Below, in pieces: positions 40,531-54,414 of a stretch of 64,000 bases of DNA. Numbering within the stretch: the stretch's first letter is position 1; each line of letters begins with the position of its first letter. Source of the stretch: Callorhinchus milii. Its lineage: Eukaryota. A program made the position numbers and the translations under genes. The notes beneath the pieces were generated by a model. That model was not told where the DNA came from and made no database searches. It saw only the letters and a list, made by a program, of their open reading frames with translations. Location of the stretch: the NCBI RefSeq assembly GCF_018977255.1, contig NW_024704742.1, positions 35,466,001-35,530,000 of the forward strand, given 5' to 3'.

Positions 40531-42907
40531 GAAGGTCAGACAGTAAAGATAAGACAATATTTAAGAGCTGTGTGAACCTGGCAATTTTCTTGAATGTTCA
40601 ATGGGGAGTATTAATTAAATCATTAAATCTGAATGACAACTGAATGTATGCACCTCTTTGCAATGCATGTGTGGGTTACAAAACAAATTATTAGGCCACA
40701 AAGCTTATTAACGAAATGGGATCTTTTAAAGGAAAAATGTGTGCAATGTCTGCACAATCTGGTCAAATTATTTTAAGATCAACGCTGAACGTGAATATGA
40801 AGTCTAAAATGTAACAAAACATTTTCCTGTTGCATTGATAATTTAATCATCCCCGGCAGCCCAAGTTTAATATATTTCAAAAAGAAAATACAGATATAGA
40901 AATTTCAAACTGAAATGAACAAATTATGAAATCAACAAATTGCAATTGCAACATACTTGTTCTTAACAACACAGAAGTAAGAGCTAAATACAGAGAATGG
41001 ACAAGTTTGATATACTGTATATAGACTAAAATGGCTAGGCTGTGAATTTTGTAACTACATTGAATGTATTAATCTAAAAAAGATTAATACATTGTATTTA
41101 TTAATCGCTTGATGTATAAAGAAAATAAATGTTTCAAGTTTCCTTAAATGATTTTTACTTGTCCTTTTGTTGATTTAATTTACTTTTGGTTTTGCTTATT
41201 GATTTTGTTCTTCATGCTATTTGGAAATATAGCAAAGATGGTTTATCAGTTTGAAATAATTTGGAGCTTAACATGGATCTATAATTTTGTCTTGTAATGA
41301 AACAAAACAATACTACAAAATCAACAGCTGTCTATTAAAAATCAATTGAAAATATTTATAATCCAGCATTAAGGGCATATTTCAAATAACCCATTTTAGA
41401 AAACTGCCTTCACAATTTCCTTTGAGCTACTCCCAGTTGTGTAATGGTATAATATGTCAGAAGGCAAGCAATATTCATTGTTTCTATGACAATGTATCAA
41501 AGCAAATGCTAATACTTGGACATGAGTCGAATGTTTATATTTAATACTTTTTCTTTTGTAAGCTAACATTGGAGAAACATTTCTTTTAAACAACCCTTTT
41601 AAATAAAATAATGCTGGCCTTTCACTAACCAGCCCTTTATTAAAACACACGTTGCATAGCTAATCTAAACAGCATCCTTTTACCTCACTAAATTATTTTA
41701 ATTTTACTCAATTCACAGCACAACATGGAAAAATATTGCAATAATTCCCCTTTTGGATCTGTTAAAATGACCACTTTTAAAGTGACTGATTTTGCAAACA
41801 AGATATATAGTTTGTTCAACGGGACATTTTGTAGGTTTAGTCTTAGCATTCAAATTGTCTAATTGCCCTGCTTAAAATAGGAAGTGCAATCTTTTTACTG
41901 AAAATAATACTATGACCAAGAAATGATTAAACCTCGCTGCTGATTTAGCTTTTGATCTCTTCAAAGTGTACTTCATTTGGTCCTTTTATATAAAGGTAGT
42001 AACAGAATTAATACACAGCTGAACTCCAAATAAAAATCGCACTGGGCTGGTGAAAAAGCAGAGCAATTCTCATTTGTGTTCAGGTTAGGCTGCAGATGGT
42101 AGCTATGTGGACACTCGCACGCTCAGTTAATTGTAGATGAAGTGATTGATTTTGATACATTATTCAGAAGCCAGCTATAATTAGTCAATAAAAAAATGGT
42201 TACAAATTCTGACCCATTACAGGATCAGCCTCACAATGTCACGGTGAGACCAAAACAGCACTTAAGTTAACACAAAGAACTATTTTTATTTTATGTGAGT
42301 TTTTACAGTTTTCATTTTTGTTTAACTTCAGCTTCTTTTAAAATGACACTAACCAAATGGTAGGATAATGTGCCGCAACCAAAATGTTTTACCTTTCAGC
42401 AAGTATGTGCCGCATGCTACTATTGACACTCCATTTCATAATCACGAAATGTTGTATTTTTTTTGCATTGTACCACATGTGCAACAACTCAAATGTTGTT
42501 CAATAAAATAACCTACTACTTAGAACTTGTTCTGGTCCATTTTTTACACTGCAATGATAAATAGTAAAATCTGGTGTTATGGCGTGATGCTAAGACATGT
42601 TCACAGTTTACAAAAAGGCAGAGGGCAATTGGTGCTCCAATTGCTGAAAGGATTAATTCAAATTTATGATCATTATTTCTAACCATAATTACAATGTAGA
42701 ATATCCGATAAAGATTTCATTTCACACTATTTGCGCCATTGCTATTCTCCATTAGAATGTGCTAGTTGAGTCTCTTTCCTACTTTAATGTATTTTGAAGC
42801 ATTAACTAAGTTCCAACATAATATTTCATTTAGAATATTTGGCAATATCAGTACATTTTTGAAAGCCTATATAAAATTCCATGTTGCAGGAGTAATCTTT
42901 TTTAAAA

Positions 42908-43025
42908 TATATATACATATACACATACACCCACTCACATATATTCATAATACATGTATAAATGTAAAATCTATACACATAAAGACATACATACACACAC
43001 ATATATATCATATAAACTACATATT
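42908..43025. repeat. Low-complexity (AT/AC)n region
   Basis: atatatacatatacacatacac...acatacatacacacacatatatat. Confidence 0.8.
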
Positions 43026-45499
43026 ATATTTCCTTATCAAAATCCATTTTGTCAGTTTTAAAATGAGAATATTGTCACACTAACCACAGTAGGCAGTGAG
43101 ACTTGATTAAAAAATAAGAATCACATATGTTAGGAAATAGTGTATTTCCATTACAACAGATTTCTAGCTGAACCAGCCATTGGATACTCGGGGGACAAAT
43201 TTCAAAGACCAGACTGTTTTCCAGTCAAATCAAAAATTAAAACTAAAGACAATTAAAAATTGACTGACTCTTAATATCAACTTTTTTTACATAAAGAGAA
43301 ATAGAGCATCGGAGGGCCACATATGTACAGCAGTGATAGTGGTCTTCTTAATTAATAACATAGATGGAAACCTCTTGGCAATCAATTAACATCAGTGGCA
43401 TAAGTCAATCTCCCCACCCCCGTCCCACCCTGTGTCTGATAGGGTTCCTAAACTTAATCCTGTTATCTTTCGCCTCTATGCCTGAAAAAACCTAGAGATT
43501 AACGTGGCAGACATTATCGAATTTACAACCGGCCGTTCAGACATCTGCCCTACTTTTACCAGAGAGTTAATGTAAAAGGAACTAATCTGTTTAAGAGGAA
43601 TGCGAGCATTTCATAAATTTGAGTGCAAATGACGGCTAAAGCTGTCATATCTCTTTCAGAGAGCAGCGGCTGAATAAAAGTGTCAGCCTTCCACTCACCG
43701 TTCAACCCTGTGCTTGTTATGGGTAGTCAGCCTTTCCATCTTCCAGCCTCCTACTCTAATGAGATAGTAACAAGAATAATGAAACAGTAGAGGAACAGCG
43801 CAATGTAGGCTATGGTGTATTCAGTCTTCCCTTTAAAGTGGAATTGCCCTTTATGTCTCTTTAAAAAAATATTTTTAACGATTCATTTTGTCAATTTCAG
43901 ATTGGTTTCACACGTTCAGAAATCAACCAACTTGATTTTTCTATGCACTTGGATTGAATCAACCCTACATCACCAGGAATAATATTTAAAGGAAAAGTGT
44001 TTGGAAATATTAATATTAAATAAATACCAAAATTAACATTAAAAATTTGACCATGATTTTTTTCACTATCAAAACATTAAATACTGGAAGGAGGATTCTG
44101 CAAAATGATAATTAAATGCAGCACAAGCTTTGTTATTCTTTCGCTCAATAAAATCATGTTAGTTTTATCCCTCCAGTTCTCACCAGCTTTTTAAACGTTC
44201 ACTCTAGAAAACTTATGGTTCCTTGAATAGTTTCTATAGACACACCGTGTCTATGTCCTTTACCAGTCTGTCTATGTCCTGTTGATTAATCTTCTTACTA
44301 TTTACAATGAATAATAATAAAACTATTATTACAGCATGTTTCTATTCTGCACGCTGCACGTATAATTTAATCTGAAGTATCCAGTGAGGTCAAGGTTACA
44401 TTTTTTCACATTATGTTTTACATCTACAGCAATAGCACTTTTGATTTTGAAACTCCGTGATTTCAAAAACATACAATCTTAATACAGGTAAATTCATGCC
44501 AACACCCTGAGATTGTTCACAAATCCCTAAGTGAAAGTAGTCAGTATGTTGTATAAAAGTTGGATTATCCAAAACTTTTTTTGTTCATTCCAACCTATTG
44601 CATCCACGATATTATAAAACGTTGCAGAAACTGGATTTAAATCCAGTCCAGACAGATGGGATGAAAATCTCTGTTATGACTATTAACCGCCCTAAATGAA
44701 AAGAGCTCAGGCACCCTTAATGCTGTTTTCAGCAGATATCAGTCTACAAGACAAAACTGTCCTTGCAACTGGCCAGCACTGGCATAAAATAAATTGCAAA
44801 TCAAAAAGTTTAAGTAGTATAACACTCATTCCAGTTTTATCCCTTTTTTATATACAAACTTTTAAAATTCCTCTCCCAATATGAATTGATGGTGTACAAT
44901 TTTCATGCAGCTTTTTTAAAAAAATATGCTTTGCAACAACATTTGTAAGGTTATTTCATAGTTCATTGGCATCAGCAAACTTGCTTCTCATTTACTGGTC
45001 TCAACTAATTCTCTCACTCGAACGTTTACGCCTGAAGTAGAAAAATGTGGGAATAAAACAGTTAATTTATAAAATTCCAGTGCAGAATGTTGTGAATGAA
45101 ACAACATTGCAAAACTAAACAGCTGTTCAACCGTGATAATGTTAAAACCTTATGCTAATAACATATCATTTAACCCTCCAATGGTACAATCTAATAATAG
45201 TTACTGGGCTTTGCTTTTATATATCAGTAACCATGTCAATCATTCAATGTCTGGGCTTTTAATTGAGTGATAAACAGACATCTAACACCTCCAAATAACT
45301 TTTTGAAAAGAAACTACTTTCAAACTGGACCACATATGAAGAAAAAGCGAAGTACATATTCCATAAGAGAAATGTTAGAAAAGTTAAATGGTCCAAGATC
45401 TCTGTGAGGAGAGACTGAATTGATAGCACCTGTATTTATGCAGAGATGTTGAGGTTTTGTGTGCAGACTGTAACATTAATATTGTATATTAGTGAACTG

Positions 45500-46158
45500 A
45501 ACTGGCTCCAAGTTGACCTATTTGGTAATGGACTATCGGAATCAAGCCAGCCCTCTGTGTATCCACAATAGTCAATAGTCCAGTTTCTGAGCCAGGCGGG
45601 TCCACAGCACGCCTGGGCATTGCTGATGACAACATGGCTCATTTGCAGGAACTAGAAGGGGATACCAGTCATTGGGGCAGGGACTTTTCCCACTCAGCTC
45701 CTGTCCATCCTGCCAAAGCCCTAATGGGTAGGATGGTCCCAGCTGGACAAGCAGCAGGAAAGCTTGCCAAGCAATGCTCTCAATGGCAAGCTATGTGGTT
45801 TTAGCTGGTTAGACTCCAGCAGTACCCCAACACACACTCTCGGGTCCCCAAGCCCTGGCTCTTGCCAGCCTGCACCTAACACTTTCTAGAATTAGGTAAG
45901 CAGATACTTCCATCCAGGGAGAGCATACATTGCATTCCAACAAATATTTTGGGAATTTCCATGTGTAGGCTGGATGCAGGAGCTCTCAGTTGGTTTGGAT
46001 ACTCTTAAGCATGGTGATGGGATTCCTCTTGTGTCAGACACCTGGCTGACCAAAAAAAACATAATTAAATCGTGATTACGAGCTCCGCCACTGTCAAGTG
46101 CACTGGGACTTTACCCTGCATGAGGAGCACTATATTAATGCAATAATTGTAATAATAA
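45500..46158 (+). mobile_element. Long-bodied retroposon, copy B, ending in an L2-like tail
   Basis: Inverted homology to 15245-15800; tail ggagcactatattaatgcaataattgtaataata. Confidence 0.7.
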
Positions 46159-46231
46159 ATTTCAAAATGTTGACAGATGCAAAACCGATTTCAAATTTGA
46201 AAGTATATTATTTTGATGTAGGCAATACAAA

Positions 46232-46790
46232 AATCAACAACAAATTACACTTGTATAGCGCCCTTCACTTTGGAAAGACGACCCAGGGCGCTAGGACAGG
46301 TGTTTTGACTCATGCAGAAACCCAGCCTCATACTTAAAATAATCCAAACCAAACTGAAATCCACATACGTATGCCATCTACCCATGGAAATTTCCCTATA
46401 TCTGAAGTCAACACACACTCTTCTCTGGAGGGACTCAACCTGCTAACCTAATTTTGTAAAATATTAAGCACAGGTTGTCAGGATTGGGGATCCCAGAATG
46501 TGTGTTGGGGGTGCTGCTGAACTTTAACCAGATAAAATCACATAGCGTGAATGACAAGATCCCTGCTACTTGTCTATCCTGAACCAATGCAGGAGCCAAG
46601 CAAGAAGAATCCTTGCCTCCAGTGACTAAATTGCCCTCCAAATCCTGCAGGTGAGGCAGGCTGGTCGGTCATCAGCACTGTCCTGGAGCAATGTAGACCT
46701 GCCTGGTTCAGGAACCAAACTACTAAAGCACCCTTGAGTGTTTACTTGATTCTGACATACCATTGGCAACCACGTCTACTTGGAGCCAAA
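46232..46790 (-). mobile_element. Long-bodied retroposon, copy C, with L2-like tail
   Basis: caacaacaaattacacttgtatagcgccc tail, then catggaaatttccct, ggggatcccagaatgtgtgttg and gtcatcagcactgtcctg, collinear with copy A. Confidence 0.65.
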
Positions 46791-48473
46791 CAAAGAGGAT
46801 AAATGACATGTGACATGTTTTTCGCAATGAAAAACATCTTAAAACACTTGTACAAACTGTATTTTGCTTCCTTCCTGTTGCTGGGTTTGGGAAATACTTT
46901 GTGCCTCCAGCAATAATGTTAATCTTTAGAGCATCAGCATCACTACATTGTTTTACTGCTAAAATATTACTGTGCTGAAGTGTTGCCTGTTCATAAGAAG
47001 ACTGGCTCATCTTGGATCAGAGACAGGGAGGGCTGTGCAAGGCTCATTAGGCTATTTTCAATTTAAGTCTGTTAATACTCTCTGTATGCCATATACCCAG
47101 TGAAAACTAGAGTGAGGTTGTAAGTGTTAACAATGATCGTGGCTGTTTAGACATCTACAAAAACCTCAGCTTTGCACTTCCACAATCACAAATATTCTGC
47201 CACGGTATAGTCTACTCACATTATTTAAGATACCTAACAGCATCTGGAATGCCAATGTGCCAGCAAGTTCAACAGTAAGGGTATTGTGCGTAATCTGGCT
47301 TGTAGGTCTATTAAGTTAACTGTAATCATCAGCCTCAAGTCTTTGTAATGCTGTACAAGGTTCTAAAATATGTCAGTTGTCCAGATGTCAATGGTCAGGA
47401 AATATTGCTTGGCACATATATTAGAAATTAGTGGAATCTGGCCCTTATGAAAAGCTATGACTTGGACAAATTCCAATTGGGATGTTTCCAGGTTTACCAG
47501 ACTGCCCAAATGAGTGACGACTTCTGACTACAGGACATATCCCTGGTTCCTTCCTTGTTTATTCTGTCAAATTACTCATTTTGTTTAAGATAAACATGCC
47601 AAACTTTATTTGTAGGTTGGCTGCTATTGTCAACCAGCATTTAATACAGACTATAAATTGTGAGACAAGGGGCAGTGACTGAACCTTTATTAGGCTGTTC
47701 ACAAGCTTGGATTTGAGCCTGCAAGCAACCACATCCACAAAAGGAGATCGGTAACAAGGAGGGTTTGGATTATTTGTGGTATCCTGCACTGGGACAGTGT
47801 TTATTCACTGTGTTTATAAAGCATTACTAATCTAGCCCTTAAGGATTTTCTAAACATTGTAGGGCAGTATCATGATCATGAACTGTCCTGGGGCATTCCT
47901 AAGATTGGTAACAAGGAGGTTCCCTGCAAAAGCATAGTTTCAATTGATATCATCAACTAATATTAAAGCTTCAAAGAGTTTAGGCTATCCAACCCCAGAC
48001 ATACTGAACAAATTTGGCATTGTTGGCTTGAGGGTTAATTCTGTATGTTATGTAGATTGTTTACATACAGAAAATGTGATGTTGCAGTATGTGCAGGTTA
48101 ACACATCGTATTCTACTTTTGCTACAATTGGCTTGATTCTTATTAATTACAGTGTTAACTGCTGCCTCTGTCACTCCAGTCTTCCAGGGGAATGTATTTT
48201 GTTGATATGACCAATAAACTATGCAATAAATTATAAAAGTGATCTGTGCTGTTCCTGCTGCCTGCTTCAAGCAAAGAATCACTATTTGGAAGTAGATATT
48301 TTTGTGTGGAATGCTCCTTCGTGTGACATTGTTGCACTTTGTTCCAGTAATATAATGGACTGAATTTGGAGGATTTGGTATCATTGAAGATGGGACATCT
48401 GTCCATGTAATTCATTAAATAATAATATGATTTACCCACCCTCCAAAATAAGTAATGCCTCCCTTCCCCTTCC

Positions 48474-48783
48474 AGTCAGCTTGGCGCAGTGGTAGCACTC
48501 TCATCTCTGAATCAGAAGATTGTGAGCTCAAGGTACACATCAGGACTTGGAATCACATAGTCTAAGATGACACTCCAATGCAGTGCTGGCAGTGTGTTGC
48601 ATTGTCGGAGGTGCCGTTCTTCTGACGAGACGTTAAACTGAGGTCTCGTCTGCCTGTTCGAAAAGATAAGGAAGTTTCTACCAGTGTCCTGGCCAACAAT
48701 CCTGCAAATAGAATTGATCACCCACTCCATGGCCATTTGTTGTACATAGCTGTGTACAACTGGCTATCCCGATTTGGCTACAA
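48474..48783 (+). mobile_element. DeuSINE (SacSINE1/AmnSINE1-like)
   Basis: gtcagcttggcgcagtggtagcactctcatctctgaatcagaag...gcattgtcggaggtgccgttcttctgacgagacgttaaactgagg...gtgtcctggccaac. Confidence 0.85.
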
Positions 48784-51700
48784 AATTCAAGACTGAGATA
48801 GATAGATTTTTTTATTGCAACAGGGATTAGGGGATATCAGAGATTATTATTATCATTATTCTAAATATATTAAAGAAACAGTATTTTAAGTATATTCAGA
48901 GTACTGTAACCAGTTACTACAGACAAATATTTTTTTGTCTCCATGACTACTGCAAGCTGCCAAACCAAGGCATTTCCAACTACGAAGGAAGATGTGCCAA
49001 CATCAAATCAAGCCGAATGAACACAATGTTGTGACTCACAAATTAAAATAAAACACAATAAGAAATTAAGTTCAAAACATTCAAAAGTCTTTGCACCAGC
49101 CTTCTTCACATAATCTCGTGGCTGATATTTTCACTCCCCTTTGTGTTTATTTGGGAAGCTATGAGGATGTGTGTCATTAATATGTAAATGAAATGCAACA
49201 ATGTGATAGCATCTGTATACCCCATTCATGTTATTTCCAGTACCATGAGGGGGAAAATATAGTGCAACATGTAATGAAGAAATGTTTACTTGAACAATCC
49301 TAATTTTTGTAACTGTGAAAAATATTAAAATTTAAAAAAAATTTAAAAATAAAATATCATAAAAAGTGTTTTAAATTAAACAATGAATTACAATTATCAT
49401 ACTGTAATTATGCCAGATACTAAAAGCTGTGCCAAGCAAATAGCTGCCTCTGTATTCAAGCTAATGACAAAAGCGAGCAGGTCTCATGTAAAATGTTATT
49501 GTCTTGAAAATAAAGTACCAAGTCATTGAGGTAATGTCACACCTGCTACAGTTTAATACTTGTAACAATAGTAATATATGGCTAAAATATAATCCATGTT
49601 AAAACTAATTATTCATTCACATCTGACAAAGGACTCAGGCATGACTCTTGTACATAGGAACGGAAGTTGTCCAATTAACCAATCAAGCCTATTCCCCAAT
49701 TTTATTAGATTGTGGCAAAGCTTTTAATTCATATCTCCACATCCCTTAATATCCTTAAGTCCCAAGATTTCATCTAGCTCAGTTTTAAACATCTTAATCG
49801 GTTTGACATCTAATCTTTGCACTCTGTAGATCAACTGCATATATACTACAATAATGGTGTTATATTTAATGGCAAAAAGCAGAGAAATACACAAGTCAAT
49901 TAGTAACTGAAAGAGAAAAATTGGATGTGTCCCTTAATCGGTAATGGAATTCCCTGGATACAGATACTGGATCAATTTTAAATAAGACCACATCACAGTA
50001 ATGGTTCATTTTAGATACATCATGAAAATGTATTTCTGTATTGACTGTTACAGGTAAATATATGTTCCACTAGCATTCAACTTGCTTTCTCTCTCCAAAG
50101 TCCCAGAATTCCATCTAGTTGTAGCTTCTAAGAGCATGTTGTATCAAAAGCTACGCTCGAGCAGAATTGTGGAACATTCTTAAATTAAATCATCATATGC
50201 ATGCTGGTTTTCTGCAATTCTTAGCTTCTAAATTAAGACTTGATTTAACCAATTTGCACAATTCAATTCGGAGTGATTCTTCAATTTCAAGACAAAACAA
50301 ACTTACAGGTTAAGACTACATGAAATTTCAGGCCTCTGAATGGATTAAACGCAAACCCAGACATCACCTTAATAACTGGTATTTTGATTAACCAACATGT
50401 GTGACAATGCAGCCCAGAGCAGAAAAAAAAGTTAAAAAACTAGTCAACTGGAATGTGCAGATGCGGTCTCTCTGAGGAGAGTTTGACTTTGTGCCACCGA
50501 GCAGAAAATGTCTCTGAAGCTTTCCCAAGCTTAGAAAATAAGTTATAAATATAATGCCTAAATAAACTTTCATGATCCTGCATGCTATTTCAGATTGGCT
50601 GGTTTAAAAAATTTTTTTAAATCAGAAATATTGTTGAGAATTCAAAATCACGCAATGGGAAATGTAACTTTGATTAAAATGTATGCTCTTGGGGCTGTTT
50701 GTGGCACACCTACTATGGCAAACTGTCGCGTGAATTTGATTTCAGAAAACCTGAAATAAAGTCTACATGAATAAGCAAAAAGCAACAAAACAGTAAATTA
50801 TGTGAAACTGAGTTTGCAAAGAAAATCTGTGTAAAGTTGTTACAAAACCTCCAAAAGGTGCTACATTTCCTCTTTCAAAGCAAAATGTGTAATGTATCAT
50901 TTATAAGCTACAACAGCACTACACTCAGAAAACATTGCTTTGAAAACAATACAGGATCCTGCTGTGCACATCAACAAGAAACAGGTCTTTAGAAGAATGC
51001 ATGACTAAATAAAGACTGTTTACTCAGGGACTACCTTAGTTAGCTACCTGCTGTCCCCAGCCGCTCCCCTTGAAACTTCGTGGCAGATGTTGCTGCGTTA
51101 AGTTGGCTCTGAAGTGGCTCGTCCTCCCTAGCTCCCCTCATAATAGAGTCAAAATACATTAGATCTCTTTATTTGTGCCCGAGGCAAGTTCAGGAGCACA
51201 GCTGTGTCCTACCCTGCTCTACCTTTGGTGTTTAAGCCCCTCAGGCGGCAAATGTGAGACCAAAACTGTTCTGCTGCTCTCAACTGCATCTGCTGATAAT
51301 CCAACAGTCTTGCTGCAGGCTGGTGAGGACCAGTGCCCCTCGTCCTAACAGATGTTTGCAACAACCTGCTTACTTACACCTGTACTGGCTCTTCTGACCT
51401 CACAGATCATTTGTTGAAAAATTCATGACTCACTACGCTCTCCTAGGATTTACTCCGGAATCAAAGTAGCTGCATTCACTGTGTGCCGAGCTCAAAGTGG
51501 GCCACCATGCATTAGTTGCTGGCACTGAAAAGCCTTTATAGCTTTGATACATCATGCTTAAACTTCAATTACAAGATCAAGATAGTTGAAGTCTGTGGTG
51601 TATTCCTAACAAAAGAGCATTTTTGAAACCAGCTGCTTCTTTCAACAAAGAATTTTTGTTGCTTTCTGTAAATGTTGTCACAACTGAATTAAACAATTTA

Positions 51701-53439
51701 TTTATTTAATCTTGCTTTATTCTTCATTTAAAGACTAATTATCCCCAATTTATGCTTCAAAATGTATTCAGTATTTAGATTAACTTCGCTATCAGCACAG
51801 AAGCCTACAGAATTCTGAGACCGAAAGACCGAAAGCTAGTTCTTATATCTGTTCACTTTGGTCACCATGAAACTTATAATTGAGAATCTCTTACTAGATT
51901 GAGCACACGCATAACGATTATGATTTAGAACAGAGGATGCATGAGACCAGAGACTAACTACTGATTTAAATGAGTCTATCTGTTGTAGTACACTTTGAAA
52001 TAGGATTCCCCCAGTTTTGTTTCAATTCCAAACAGGTACATAAAAGACCTCCAGAACAAGTTTATACATATACTTTCTATCTGACAATTTTCTTACAACT
52101 TTTTTTCTGTTTCTGTACATCTAAGTATTACATCAATAATTTGATTCCAGCACAGCATATGAAATCTTACTTCAACATAAAGATGTTTTGTTGTTAAGCA
52201 GAATGGAATTGTTAAGTCCCACAAAAGCTCCCTTGCTGTATTTGTTGCATTATTGTTTCTCTTAACATAATGCAGATGTTACATACCATGAGGCATAAGA
52301 ATAGAAGAGAGTACTTCCGCCTCTCTTAAAACCCTGATCTCCGCTTCAAGAGAAACAGTATTTCAAAGTTACACACTTTAATGTTCTCTTTAAAGAAATG
52401 TTTTGTCCTTTGTTAGGTTAGATGCTTCAAAATCTTCAGAAAAAAACTGCTAGTATCAGTAAATGCTGATAGCATTGAGCACATACTGCAGCATCACACA
52501 ACTTGTTGTGAGAATCCAGAAATGTAAGAGACCTAATGGGAATACTGGCCATATGATAATATATAGCTTCAGGTCTTATGTCACTATCATCTATTTTACC
52601 CTTTCTCTTATGTCATCTGAAATCAGCAGCAGTGCATCTCAAGAAAAGGAATCCTTTACCTACCACAAAGCTCCACTGGTTAGGTGAAAAAACATTTCAA
52701 TGTATTTTATGTTTTGACAGGCTTTGCAGCAGGATCAGATGTACACAGCCAAACCTTCATCAGTCAAACCCACCACCTTCCAAACATGATCTGAACCAAC
52801 ATATCATAAGCTCTCTAAGTTTTAATTTTCAAGGGAACATTGGTACAATCCAATAAAAAGAACTTTTATAAAAAGAAAACTTTTTTTTAAATTGTATATT
52901 GCAGAAAACTCTTCTCTTCATGAGGAAATGATGACTGTGTCCTGAAGTAGCTCTAACGAGTTTCGGTTGAAACTTTGGACCAACCTCAAAGCCAATTCAG
53001 ATCCAATACACTCGTACATAGATGTTATTGAACATTCCTGGGATATGGTGGATCCAGATCAGCTTGCAGTCTAATCAAAAGCATTCCCTTTGGTAAGTGC
53101 AATGAAATCACTCTGGGGTGTAGCTGATTCCTCTTAAGGAAGATGTTGGGACCAGCCTAGTACAGGAGTAAGTGGGAGCCAGGTAATATAAGCATGTGAG
53201 CATTTACCACTGTTAAATTATTTTATATTGATTTTTTCTTTAATTGTAAAATTGTGCTTCCTTTAACTTTATTTCTCCTTTCTTTTAAAAAATTATTGTT
53301 CTCTCCATGGCTGTTTGTGGGATGGCGCTGCACGCAAATTAGCTGCTGTATTTGGCTACAAGTACACTGTCATTGCACTTCACAGTAACATTCTGTGAAG
53401 CACTTTAAGTTGTCTATAAATATAAATCTGACATACATT

Positions 53440-53520
53440 TCGATAGGGATCAAAGGGAGGACGTGTTTGACCAACCTTATAGAATTATTTGAAGATATAA
53501 CAAGAGGAAATAGATGAAAT
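53440..53520 (+). mobile_element. Short CR1 RT fragment
   Basis: aaagggaggacgtgtttgaccaaccttatagaattatttgaagatataaca = KGRTCLTNLIELFEDIT. Confidence 0.75.
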
Positions 53521-54414
53521 GGATGTGGCTCATGGTTCAAACCCTCAAAGCTCACTCAGTGTTTCAGGAACACTGAATGAATAGGTACAAAAGTGCTCTA
53601 CCTGTGTCATCACAAATATGATCAATACAAGCAAATCACAAAAACTACCGGCGCCCAGCTCAGGTGCCAAGCCAATCTTGTTAAGCATCTTGGGATGTCC
53701 TCCCAATGTGAAAAGCTACAACAACAACAATTTACATTTATATAGCACACTTCACGCCGGACAGCATCTCAGAGCACTTACATAAAGGCTCCACAAGAAT
53801 ATAAGTTTGTAATGTACTGCATCGGCGTGTGGCTGCTGGCAAAAGTAAATCAGACCCAAAAATGATTTCTCCATGGAATCCAGTGTGACACGCAGTCACG
53901 GGAACTGAGCTCCAACCTGAGATCTCATCCAAGTGAGATCCTACAATTTTTCAAGACAAAATGGGGCAACAACAGTATGTCATGCAAAAAGAGTTAAACA
54001 ACACTGATAAAAGTGTTGTTTAACTTGGAGGTGTGCTTTTTTTGGTGACCGTGCAGGGGTGATGCAGGGAGAAAGTGCTTATCGGGTCTTAAAAGCAAAA
54101 TCTTTCTGAGAACCTAAGCAGATCATCCTGGGGCGAGACACGCATGTTGTTATCTCTGTCAGTCAAATCACTATTAGGTAGAGAGGTCCAAGCTGAAGGA
54201 GTACCGTGCTATGTCAATAGCAAAATTACATTTTTTTAACAAAAATCTAACATACATTTCCAAATATCTGCCAATGTTGGGAGACAACTGTGTCATGTCA
54301 ATGCCATTACAGTTCAGGTTTGCAAAACAGGTGTCAAATGATACTGCAACGTGTTCATTCTAAAACACAGCAATCTTTTACCAGATCTGAGGAAAGCTAC
54401 CTTGCTAAAGCAGT

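Noticed and set aside
47500..48450. Very old RTE/L1-like RT remnant
   Set aside because: Motif-like fragments (GMPQDS, FVDVVA, ILNKFG) are weak and fall on inconsistent strands.
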